Origin: Candidatus Shapirobacteria bacterium
Lineage (GTDB): Bacteria > Patescibacteriota > Microgenomatia > UBA12405
Assembly: GCA_028704635.1 (NCBI GenBank)
Contig: JAQWFB010000001.1
Span: 69,541-133,540 of the forward strand
DNA length: 64,000 nucleotides
Direction of reading: 5' to 3'
Positions within the stretch are counted from its first letter, which is position 1. The number at the start of each line of letters is the position of its first letter. The translations under genes and the position numbers were made by a program. Below the pieces are notes generated by a model. The model saw only the letters and a program-made list of their open reading frames with translations, was not told the DNA's origin and did not search any database. This document shows, piece by piece, positions 45,365-54,424 of this stretch.

Positions 45365-45931
45365 ATGGCAGGTAGTTACGGATCAAAGCAAGATCCAAAA
45401 AAAAGCTTCAACAAGAACAATAACGAGATCTTAAAAGATTTTCCTAATTCTCCTGCTAAAAAAAGCGAACATAATCTTTTCGGAACTCTTTTTCCCGGTC
45501 AAAGCATTGAGGTTAATAAAAAAGAAACTACTAATATTAGCTGGAATCGAGAGTTTTTAACTAAATCAACTACCCAAGAACAGGCAATTTTTGTTAATCA
45601 ACATTCTAAAGAAGTCGAAAAAGCCATTAATGATCTCCGCCTTGAAATTAAAAATCTAATCAAAACTACCGAGAATCTTAATCAAGAAATAATTCAATCA
45701 GCCGAACAAAATGTAGCTGATTTTAGTGAATATCAACTAAATTTTTTCCAAAGAATCAAAATAATTGTCACAAATTTCCGTCAAAATATTACCGAAGCTA
45801 GTGTTTGGCTTGAAAGCTTCAATCATAAAAAAAATAAAAAAAATGCTTTTTGGAATAAAGCCAAAAGTAAAAACGGTGGTGAACAATATTTAATGAGTAG
45901 TGAACACAGTGCTTCCCGATCCGCAAACTAA
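45365..45931 (+). CDS. hypothetical protein
   Basis: 188 aa, hydrophilic, possible coiled coil. Confidence 0.3.
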   Translation: MAGSYGSKQDPKKSFNKNNNEILKDFPNSPAKKSEHNLFGTLFPGQSIEVNKKETTNISWNREFLTKSTTQEQAIFVNQHSKEVEKAINDLRLEIKNLIKTTENLNQEIIQSAEQNVADFSEYQLNFFQRIKIIVTNFRQNITEASVWLESFNHKKNKKNAFWNKAKSKNGGEQYLMSSEHSASRSAN

Positions 45932-45975
45932 ATCTTTTTTTCAATCAGTTTTTAAGATATAATCCGTCTATCCGA

Positions 45976-46049
45976 GAGTCTATAGCTCAGTTGGTTAGAG
46001 CGCTTCGTTGACATCGAAGAGGTCAGAGGTTCGAGTCCTCTTAGACTCA
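45976..46049 (+). tRNA. tRNA-Val (anticodon GAC)
   Basis: Manual fold: GAGTCTA/TAGACTC acceptor, anticodon stem CTTCG/CGAAG, loop TTGACAT. Confidence 0.85.
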
Positions 46050-46071
46050 CACAAAAAACCAACAAGTCTAA

Positions 46072-47886
46072 TTAATTAGACTTGTTCCATAATTTAATTC
46101 TATCGACCAATAATCCCATTTTTTCTTTTAATTTCTTATTCTGTTCAAAAATATCACTTGTCATATTTTCCACAAGTTTTTTTGCTCCTTCTACCTTTTT
46201 ATAATCATCTTTTATTTCACTTACTTTTGTATATTCACTCATACCATCAATACCCAAAATATCTTTAAATATTAAAGGAGGAATATAGTTTTCAATTTCT
46301 CGACCATCAGTAATCCAAACAACAGATCGATCTCCATTTTTATCTATTTCTTCTTTTATTCTTGATTTAGTTTCATTAATTGAATCATTAACATTTTCTT
46401 TATCACTATCAATAACCATAGCAATATTTCTATTTAATTTAATTAATTTGATAAACTTATCTGTTTCTGATTTTTCCTCAGCTTCAATAATGTCAGTTGA
46501 CAAATGGCTCAATAATCTACCGCCATAAAACATAATACTGTAATCAATTCCTTCTTTTAATTTAAAATCAATTAAAGAAATCCATTTATTAATAAAAATC
46601 CTATCGGATGGGCCTTCTACCCAAATAATCCCATTTGTTTGTAAAATATCACTTGCTTTAATTCCTAAGTCATCCAAAACATTTTGCAAAACATTTTCAT
46701 CAGCTTTTTCAACTTTAATTAAATTATTTTGACTAAAAACACGGAAAATGCTACTATTTACATCAGTAAATGAATTTATTAAAACATTTGAATGTGAACT
46801 AATAAGATATTGATGGTCCGTTTCTGTTTTTAAAAAAGAAATGAATTTCTTTTGCATAGAAACATCTAAATGGATTTCCGGTTCTTCCAACGCAATAACT
46901 GAACCATCAGGAGACTTGAGAATATCAACTATTAGAACTATCAATTCTTCGACGCTTGAACCCCAGGATTTATATGGCAAAATATTTTGTTCTCCTGTTA
47001 AATTTTTTGGTTCAATAAATATTTGTTTTTTATCACCTGATACCACCAACTCTATTTCCATCCCAATCAAACTAGAAACAAAAGCATTTAATTTTTTGTA
47101 CTTACCACGATGAACAGGAACAGCATCAACAGGATTTATCCAAACAGAAATATCGTCAATTGTTCTATCTCCATCTATATCCAATAAATTCGATAACCAA
47201 ACAGTTCCTGCATCTGGATTATTATTTAAAGATCCACCAATTTTTCTTACAGCTTTTATTATTCTTAATCGGGTTACAAAGTTCTTGAAATAAACCAGCA
47301 TAACATTTATATAGTTAAATTCAGGCCGAAAATTACCACTATGAAAAGAAGAATAATATTGATCAAAATTTTCCTGACCATTGGAACCACTGTTATATCT
47401 TAAAATTTGTTTTTCTTTATCAATAAGAGGAAGATCATTCCATTTAAGCTCAACTAGTTGAAAATCTAAATTGTTCTTATCGCCTTTAAGTGAAATATTA
47501 AATGAAATTTTTACAGTATTTTCCGATTTAGCGAAAAGTTCTGCTTTAAAAGCAGCAAAATCTACTGCTGTTGGTAACCCTGATAATAAAATATTTTTCT
47601 CTTCATCATTAAAAGAAAAAATAACAGATAAATAAATTTCTTTTTCATCTTTATAAAAAAAATCTTCTGTTTGAGAATAAGAATTATTCACACTTAAACT
47701 AAAAGATCCAAACAATTTAGGGACATCTTGAAATAAATCACCAAGAAAAGGAATTATTTTTATAATATTAGACTTTCCAGCATTGTTTTTTCCAATAAAT
47801 AAATTATATTTTTCCAAGTCATTAATAATTAATCCTTCACTGTTAATATTTCTAAAGTTTTTAATTTCTATTTGTTTAATTTTCAT
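46072..47886 (-). CDS. OLD-family ATP-dependent nuclease (ABC ATPase + TOPRIM-like; Gabija GajA / PARIS-like, single gene)
   Basis: N-terminal IKNFRNINSEGLIINDLEKYNLFIGKNNAGKSNIIKII (AAA_15/21 type). Walker B ALEEPEIHLD. C-terminal IIWVEGPSDRIF acidic block resembling TOPRIM. 604 aa. Confidence 0.6.
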   Translation of the reverse strand: MKIKQIEIKNFRNINSEGLIINDLEKYNLFIGKNNAGKSNIIKIIPFLGDLFQDVPKLFGSFSLSVNNSYSQTEDFFYKDEKEIYLSVIFSFNDEEKNILLSGLPTAVDFAAFKAELFAKSENTVKISFNISLKGDKNNLDFQLVELKWNDLPLIDKEKQILRYNSGSNGQENFDQYYSSFHSGNFRPEFNYINVMLVYFKNFVTRLRIIKAVRKIGGSLNNNPDAGTVWLSNLLDIDGDRTIDDISVWINPVDAVPVHRGKYKKLNAFVSSLIGMEIELVVSGDKKQIFIEPKNLTGEQNILPYKSWGSSVEELIVLIVDILKSPDGSVIALEEPEIHLDVSMQKKFISFLKTETDHQYLISSHSNVLINSFTDVNSSIFRVFSQNNLIKVEKADENVLQNVLDDLGIKASDILQTNGIIWVEGPSDRIFINKWISLIDFKLKEGIDYSIMFYGGRLLSHLSTDIIEAEEKSETDKFIKLIKLNRNIAMVIDSDKENVNDSINETKSRIKEEIDKNGDRSVVWITDGREIENYIPPLIFKDILGIDGMSEYTKVSEIKDDYKKVEGAKKLVENMTSDIFEQNKKLKEKMGLLVDRIKLWNKSN

Positions 47887-48062
47887 TTTTTATTTAATAT
47901 AAGCAAAATTATACGATAAATATATAATTTGTGCTAAAATCCCCTTAAATAATGAAAAAGATTTTTTGTACATCACTTAAAACTACATCGCCCAACAGGG
48001 CATAGTTTCTTTTGCTTTGATTGGGCTCTCTACTTTCTTGTTAAAATAGTTTATTCACATAT

Positions 48063-49844
48063 ATGTCACAACAAAACAATCAAAATTCAGAACTTCAAAA
48101 TATCCGTCATTCAGCCGAACATGTCTTAACCCAAGCCATGCAACGACTTTTTCCTAATAAATTTTTAATGGCCATGGGACCAGCCACTGACGATGGTTTT
48201 TATCTCGACTTCGAACCAATAGGGGACTTCAAGGTCAGCGAAAACGATTTTCCTCAAATTGAAGCCGAAATGGCCAAAATTATAAAAGAAAATTTACCCA
48301 TAATTAAGGAAGAAATCAGTCTAGAAGACGCTAAAAAATTATTCTCCGATAATCCTTACAAAATGGAATGGTTAAATTCCATTAAAGACAGGGGAGAGGC
48401 AATCACCATTTACAAAACCGGCGATGAATTCACCGATCTTTGTGCTGGCCCTCACGTCCGCTACACCAAACAAATTAAAGCTTTCAAACTTTTATCCATC
48501 GCTGGCGCTTATTGGCACGGTGATGAAAAAAATAAAATGTTAACTCGCATTTACGGCACCGCTTTTGAATCAAAAGAGGAATTGGAAAAATATTTGAATA
48601 ATATTGAAGAAGCCAAAAAACGCGACCATCGAAAATTAGGTAAAGAACTTGAAATTTATTTTTATGATGACGAAATTGGTCAAGGATTACCTCTTTGGCT
48701 CCCAAATGGTGGCATTATTATTGAAGAGTTGGAAAAATTAGCCAAAGAAACTGAAGACAAAGATGGTTATTCACGAGTTAAAACTCCACACATTACCAAA
48801 GAATCTTTATTTTTAAAAAGTGGACATCTGCCTTATTATGCTGAATCCATGTATCCTCCCATGGAAATTGATGGTGATAAATACTATTTAAAACCCATGA
48901 ATTGTCCTTTTCATCATAAAATTTATGGCAATAAACCACATAGTTATCGAGATTTACCCATAAAATTAGCAGAATATGGTACTTGTTATCGTTATGAAAA
49001 AAGCGGCGAACTTATTGGTCTTATGCGTGTCAGATCCATGCAAATGAACGACGCTCACATTTATTGTACTGAAGGTCAATTCGAAAAAACCTTTATGGAT
49101 GTTATTAAAATGTATCTTTATTATTTTCAAGTCTTTGGAATTGAAAAATATGTAATGCGTTTAAGTACTCATTCAAAAGAAGGTTTAGGTAAAAAATATA
49201 TTGATAACGAACAACTTTGGATTAAAACTGAAGATATGGTTCGAAATTGCCTTAAAAACGGCAATATAAACTTCGTCGAAGTTGCAGATGAAGCCGCTTT
49301 TTATGGTCCAAAAATTGATGTCCAGATTTATTCTGCCATCGGTCGCGAATTTACTTTAGCCACTAATCAAGTTGATTTTGCCGTTCCAGAAAGATTTTCA
49401 CTTGAATATACCGACGAAAAAGGCGAAAAACAAATTCCCCTTTGTATTCATCGAGCTCCGTTAAGTACTCACGAAAGAATGATTGGGTTTTTGCTTGAAC
49501 ACTTCGCTGGTGCTTTTCCAACATGGCTTTCTCCAACTCAAGTCAAAATAATTCCTATCACTGATGGGCAACTAGAATATGCTCAAAAAATAGAAAAGGA
49601 ATTAAAAGAAAATAATATTCGAGTTGAAATTGATAGTAAATCTGAAACAATGCAAAATAAAATCAGAAATGCCGCAGGGGAAAAAGTTCCCTACATGATT
49701 ATTGTCGGTGGCCGTGAAGCCGAAAATCAAACCATTTCCGTCCGCCAACGCGACGGCCAAGATCTCGGTATCATTCCCTTAAACGATTTTGTTTCAAAAA
49801 TTAAAGACCAAATCACTTCTAAATCAATCACTTTAATTAAGTAA
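48063..49844 (+). CDS. thrS: threonine--tRNA ligase (short form without N-terminal TGS domain)
   Basis: Second-additional-domain RHSAEHVLTQAM block, class II core (FRYEKSGEL.. RVRSMQMNDAH) and anticodon-binding domain. Gene order thrS-infC-rpmI-rplT-pheST. Confidence 0.9.
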   Translation: MSQQNNQNSELQNIRHSAEHVLTQAMQRLFPNKFLMAMGPATDDGFYLDFEPIGDFKVSENDFPQIEAEMAKIIKENLPIIKEEISLEDAKKLFSDNPYKMEWLNSIKDRGEAITIYKTGDEFTDLCAGPHVRYTKQIKAFKLLSIAGAYWHGDEKNKMLTRIYGTAFESKEELEKYLNNIEEAKKRDHRKLGKELEIYFYDDEIGQGLPLWLPNGGIIIEELEKLAKETEDKDGYSRVKTPHITKESLFLKSGHLPYYAESMYPPMEIDGDKYYLKPMNCPFHHKIYGNKPHSYRDLPIKLAEYGTCYRYEKSGELIGLMRVRSMQMNDAHIYCTEGQFEKTFMDVIKMYLYYFQVFGIEKYVMRLSTHSKEGLGKKYIDNEQLWIKTEDMVRNCLKNGNINFVEVADEAAFYGPKIDVQIYSAIGREFTLATNQVDFAVPERFSLEYTDEKGEKQIPLCIHRAPLSTHERMIGFLLEHFAGAFPTWLSPTQVKIIPITDGQLEYAQKIEKELKENNIRVEIDSKSETMQNKIRNAAGEKVPYMIIVGGREAENQTISVRQRDGQDLGIIPLNDFVSKIKDQITSKSITLIK

Positions 49845-49948
49845 ATTTTTTGATTTTCAAAATCAGAAATTTACTATACATGCTATAATCCTATCCTGAG
49901 GGTAGTTCTTTTATAACCAACAAATTTCCTATGTTAGGAGGTGATTCT

Positions 49949-50176
49949 GTGAAGAAAATATCAAGAAAGAGTATTAAAGATACCAGTATTGCAATAATGG
50001 TATTATCATCAGTCTGTCTTGTTGGCTTAAATTTTTTCACATTAAAAACTCCAATATTTATATTACTCGTGATATTTTTTATCTCCATTGTAACTTTTTT
50101 AGTTGCCATTCTTTTTGACTTTAAACAAGGTTGCAATGTTATAAAAAATTACAAAATAAAAATAAAAATTAAATAA
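49949..50176 (+). CDS. small two-TM membrane peptide, hypothetical
   Basis: GTG start 8 nt after aggagg. 75 aa with two hydrophobic helices. Confidence 0.3.
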   Translation: MKKISRKSIKDTSIAIMVLSSVCLVGLNFFTLKTPIFILLVIFFISIVTFLVAILFDFKQGCNVIKNYKIKIKIK

Positions 50177-50305
50177 TCTACTCTCGCCCGGCAGGTATTT
50201 GCGAACATTTTGTTCAAAAATATTTCTGCCGGTTTTCTATTTTTATTTTATCGGAGTATAAACTAATGAATTCATCCTTCATTTCTGGTAAAATAGACGA
50301 ATTAT

Positions 50306-50872
50306 ATGAGTAGTTTCAAAACTAACACTAACCGCAAATTTTATAAAATTAATCAATACATTAATGCGCCCACAGTCCGTCTTCTCAGCGACGATGGTAA
50401 ACAAATCGGCGTCGTTTCACTCACTGAAGCCCGTCAACAAGCACAAGAAACTGGTTTAGACTTAGTCGAAATCAACGGCAAAGCTGTTCCACCAGTCATT
50501 AAATTAATTAGCTTTACTAAATTCAAATATCAAGAATCTAAAAAGCTCCAAGCCGAAAAAAAAGGTATCAAAGGCGGCGATTTAAAAGAAATTCAAATGA
50601 GCCCTTTTATTGGTGCCGGTGACTACGAAACCAGAATTAAAAGATCCCAAAAATTTTTAACTAGTGGAAATAAGATTAAATTAAGTGTAAAATTCCAAGG
50701 TCGCCAGATGAATCATCCGGAATTTGGCCACAATTTAATTGCTAAAGTCAAAACCGATTTACAAGACTTTGGAACTCCCGAAGGTGAGGCCAAATTAATA
50801 GGTAAAAGGTTAATGCTTACATTCACACCTTCTAAAAAGGTCGGAGGAGTAAAAAATGAAGAAACAAAGTAA
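50306..50872 (+). CDS. infC: translation initiation factor IF-3 (true start possibly ATT at 50348)
   Basis: INQYINAPTVRLLSDDGKQIGVVSLTEARQQAQETGLDLVEI and the C-domain. Position after thrS. Confidence 0.85.
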   Translation: MSSFKTNTNRKFYKINQYINAPTVRLLSDDGKQIGVVSLTEARQQAQETGLDLVEINGKAVPPVIKLISFTKFKYQESKKLQAEKKGIKGGDLKEIQMSPFIGAGDYETRIKRSQKFLTSGNKIKLSVKFQGRQMNHPEFGHNLIAKVKTDLQDFGTPEGEAKLIGKRLMLTFTPSKKVGGVKNEETK

Positions 50873-51065
50873 AAAAATGAAAATCAAAAAATCTGTTTCT
50901 AACAGATTTGAAGTCACCAAAACTGGTAAAGTTTTGCGTATGTCATCTTTTAATCGACATTTACGTCGAAAGAAAAGTAAAAAACAATTACGCCGATTAA
51001 AAGGTAAACACCCAGTTGCCAACGCACTTGCAATCAAAGTTAAAAAATTATTAGGTAAACTATAA
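50856..51065 (+). CDS. rpmI: 50S ribosomal protein L35
   Basis: 69 aa, very basic, FEVTKTGKVLR block. Between infC and rplT. Confidence 0.8.
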   Translation: MKKQSKKMKIKKSVSNRFEVTKTGKVLRMSSFNRHLRRKKSKKQLRRLKGKHPVANALAIKVKKLLGKL

Positions 51066-51071
51066 AAAAAC

Positions 51072-51416
51072 ATGAGAGTTAAAACCGGAACAGTTCGACG
51101 AGCTGCACATAAAAAAGTCTTAAAAGCCGCTAAGGGTTTTTGGATGACTCGTCACAAAAGATTTAAAGTAGCCCACGAAGCAGTTATGCATGCTGGCCAA
51201 TACGCCTTTGTCGGTCGACGTCTTCGCCGTCGAGATATGCGTCAACTATGGATTACTCGCTTAAACGCTGCTCTTAAACCATTCGAGATTAAATATTCTG
51301 CTTTCATTAAAATGATGAAAGATAAAAATGTCGAATTAAACCGAAAAGTATTATCTGAAATTGCTATTAATGATAATGCTACATTTAAGTCCATTGTTGA
51401 TTTTATAAAAAAATAA
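51072..51416 (+). CDS. rplT: 50S ribosomal protein L20
   Basis: MRVKTGTVRRAAHKKVLKAAKGFW N-terminus. Confidence 0.9.
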   Translation: MRVKTGTVRRAAHKKVLKAAKGFWMTRHKRFKVAHEAVMHAGQYAFVGRRLRRRDMRQLWITRLNAALKPFEIKYSAFIKMMKDKNVELNRKVLSEIAINDNATFKSIVDFIKK

Positions 51417-51440
51417 GGGGACTTGTTTTAAAAAATTAAA

Positions 51441-51466
51441 GGCTCCCCAAAAGGGAGCTTTTTTGT
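51441..51466 (+). terminator. intrinsic terminator/attenuator between rplT and pheS
   Basis: gctccc-caaaa-gggagc hairpin followed by tttttt. Confidence 0.6.
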
Positions 51467-51487
51467 ATAAATCAGATAAAATATACT

Positions 51488-52507
51488 ATGAATCAAAACT
51501 TGGAGACAATTAAAAATCAGTACCAAGAAAAAATTTCAAATCTCAAAACTGATAAAGATTTAGAATCTTTAAGAATTGAATTATTTGGCCGTAATGGTTT
51601 ATTCAATGATCTTTTTACCAAATTAAAAGAAATCCCAGTCGATGAAAGACGAGCCTACGGACAAGAGTTAAACGTTACTAAAAACGAACTTGAAAGATTA
51701 ATTGCCATTCAATCTCAAAAGGTCCAAAAAATTGAAAATAAAAAAATAAAAAATCTAAAATCTGATATCTACGAACTACCAAAAATCGGCCATTTACATC
51801 CAATTACTCAAACCGAACGACAATTAAATGAAGTTTTTAGAAAACTTGGTTTTTCTGTTTATAACAGTCCCGAAATTGTCACCGACGAATTTAATTTCGA
51901 ACGATTAAATGTACCCCAAAACCATCCTGCTCGCGACATGCAAGACAGTATTTATATCAAAGAACCAGAATATTTACTTCGAACTCAAACTTCCACTATC
52001 GAAAGCTACTTATTAAAAGCCAAAAGCCAAGATTTGCCTATTCGTGCCGCTTTTCCAGGATCTGTTTTTCGAAATGAAAAAGTCAATCGTTCCAATCATT
52101 TTGTTTTTCATCAATATCAAGCCGTCGTTGTCGACAAAAATATCACCATGAAAGATTTAATTGGCACCATGGATTTAATGTTCAAAACTCTCTATGGTCC
52201 TGATGTTGTCGTTCGTTATCGCTGTAAATATTATCCTGAAGTCGAACCAGGCGTTGGTCCCGACATGCAATGTTTCAGTTGTCATGGTAAAGGCTGCCCA
52301 TTGTGTAAATATGCCGGTTGGATTGAAATGGGCGGCAGTGGCATGATTCACCCCAAAGTTTTAGAAGCCGCCAGCATCGATTCTAAAGTTTGGTCCGGTT
52401 TCGCTTTTGGTATGGGTCTCGATCGCTGGACCATGGCTCAAAAAAATATTAAAGATATTAGAACATTAATGGGTGGAAACTTAGCCTACAAACCAAACGA
52501 ATTATGA
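51488..52507 (+). CDS. pheS: phenylalanine--tRNA ligase alpha subunit
   Basis: Class II motifs FRNEKVNRSNHFVFHQYQ and GWIEMGGSGMIHP. 339 aa. Confidence 0.9.
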   Translation: MNQNLETIKNQYQEKISNLKTDKDLESLRIELFGRNGLFNDLFTKLKEIPVDERRAYGQELNVTKNELERLIAIQSQKVQKIENKKIKNLKSDIYELPKIGHLHPITQTERQLNEVFRKLGFSVYNSPEIVTDEFNFERLNVPQNHPARDMQDSIYIKEPEYLLRTQTSTIESYLLKAKSQDLPIRAAFPGSVFRNEKVNRSNHFVFHQYQAVVVDKNITMKDLIGTMDLMFKTLYGPDVVVRYRCKYYPEVEPGVGPDMQCFSCHGKGCPLCKYAGWIEMGGSGMIHPKVLEAASIDSKVWSGFAFGMGLDRWTMAQKNIKDIRTLMGGNLAYKPNEL

Positions 52508-54315
52508 AACTAATCTATTCTCAACTTCAAAAATTCCTACCAGACCTAAAAGTTGAACCACAACAACTCCGCGACGATCTAACTATGATCGGCCATTTTA
52601 CTAATTTTTTTGAAGAAATTGACGGCAAAATCGTTTTTGATTTAGATATTAAAGTTAATAGGGGAGACTGCCTTGGTTATTATGGCCTCGCCAAAGATTT
52701 ATCAGTTTTTTATAATCTTCCACTCCAAAATTTATCTCAACAAATAAATAATTCCTCTAATAACCAATTACCAATAAAAATAACAACCGAAAACGTCAAG
52801 AGAGTAATGGCTGTCAAAATTTCAAATTTAAAAAATAACTCTTCTCCTCAATGGCTCCAAACCTTTTTAAAATGTCACAATGTTCACTCCATCAACACTC
52901 TTGTTGACCTAACCAATTACATCATGTTTTTATATGGTATTCCAAATCATGCCTTTGATACGGCAAAATCAGGAGAAAATTTAATTTGGGAAATGAATTC
53001 TAAATTCAAAGAATTTATTAGCCTCGACGGTTCTAAATTGATTTTAGACAATAAAATTTTAATGATTAACAATCCCGACAAAACTCTTAGTCTTAGTTTT
53101 TGGGGAGGGGAGTCTTGTGCAATTGATTTAAACACTACTGAAACCATTATTGAACTAGCTATTTATGATCGCACCACTGTTCGCCAAAACAGCCGTCAAT
53201 TAAAATCCGTCACCGAAGCCAGCATTCGACTTGAAAAAGATCTTGATCCAGAATTAATTCCAACGGCTTTCAATCATTTAGTTAATTTAATTTTAGAAAA
53301 TTGCGGTGGTCAAATTAATTCTCAAACTTTTGATCATTATCCTCAAAAAGCAGATTTACCTCAAATCGAATTTAACCCTAAAAAACCATCTCTAATTTCC
53401 GGCATTGACATCCCCACTGATTTTTCCATCGATTGTCTCACTCGTCTCGATTGTGAAATAGAAAATAAAGAAAACACTCTGCTTTGCAAAGCTCCTTCAA
53501 TCCGCAAAGACATTACTATCGAAGCCGATCTAATTGAAGAAGTTATCCGTTTTTGGGGCTATCAAAAAATCCCTACCAACCAACCTTTAACCTTTAAAGA
53601 AGTCAGCGATATCACTCCACCAGAAATTTATTTAATTGAAAATCTAAAAGATAAATTAATTCAGCTCGGCTACGACGAAGTTTTAACTTGGCCTCTAGTT
53701 ACGATCCCCACTGATGAAAAAACCGTTATTACCACTCAAAACAGTATTAATTCTGAAGCTATTTATCTTCGTCAATCTTTAGTTCCATCATTAATTCAAC
53801 AACTTAATCAATATAATCGTTTTAAATTACCAGAACCACAATTTTTTGAAATCGGTAAAATATTTTTAAAAGAAGGGGATAACTTTATTGAAAAAAATGC
53901 TTTGGGAATTTATCATTACAACATAGACATTCTTCGTAGAGACGTTTTGCAAAACGTCTCTACTGATAAAACAAAAATAAAATTCGATAATAATTTTGCC
54001 GAAATAATTATAGATAATTTACCTAAACCAGAAAAATACATTCCTAATAAACAACAAAATAACGCCATCGAGCTTACTTCTCAAATAATCACTCTCGATG
54101 CCAATATTACTCTTGATACCAAAGAAAATCCAATTAAATTAATTGAAAAATATTCTCAAATCATCGGTTCTAAAAATCTCTGGAAATTAATTATCACTGA
54201 TATTTATCAAGATTCCAAAACCAATAAATATCGCTATACTTTTCAAGCCTCGTATTTTAATTTAGACGATAAAACCGCCAAATCGATTCACTTAAAAACT
54301 TTTGATTTAATTTGA
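52504..54315 (+). CDS. pheT: phenylalanine--tRNA ligase beta subunit (reduced form)
   Basis: B3/B4-like FDLDIKVNRGDCLGYYGLAKDL block. Start overlaps the pheS stop. 603 aa. Confidence 0.8.
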   Translation: MKLIYSQLQKFLPDLKVEPQQLRDDLTMIGHFTNFFEEIDGKIVFDLDIKVNRGDCLGYYGLAKDLSVFYNLPLQNLSQQINNSSNNQLPIKITTENVKRVMAVKISNLKNNSSPQWLQTFLKCHNVHSINTLVDLTNYIMFLYGIPNHAFDTAKSGENLIWEMNSKFKEFISLDGSKLILDNKILMINNPDKTLSLSFWGGESCAIDLNTTETIIELAIYDRTTVRQNSRQLKSVTEASIRLEKDLDPELIPTAFNHLVNLILENCGGQINSQTFDHYPQKADLPQIEFNPKKPSLISGIDIPTDFSIDCLTRLDCEIENKENTLLCKAPSIRKDITIEADLIEEVIRFWGYQKIPTNQPLTFKEVSDITPPEIYLIENLKDKLIQLGYDEVLTWPLVTIPTDEKTVITTQNSINSEAIYLRQSLVPSLIQQLNQYNRFKLPEPQFFEIGKIFLKEGDNFIEKNALGIYHYNIDILRRDVLQNVSTDKTKIKFDNNFAEIIIDNLPKPEKYIPNKQQNNAIELTSQIITLDANITLDTKENPIKLIEKYSQIIGSKNLWKLIITDIYQDSKTNKYRYTFQASYFNLDDKTAKSIHLKTFDLI

Positions 54316-54424
54316 TTTTAACTAAACCGAGTCTTTTTATTTTGTAAATATACATACACAATACGTATTAGCAAACACAACTACTAACTGCTAAAGGTCT
54401 TTTAAATTATAATTTGACCTATCA

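Noticed and set aside
49848-49866. 15-bp palindrome tgattttcaaaatca right after the thrS stop
   Set aside because: AT-only, not followed by a T-run. It could be a weak terminator or a chance palindrome in AT-rich DNA.
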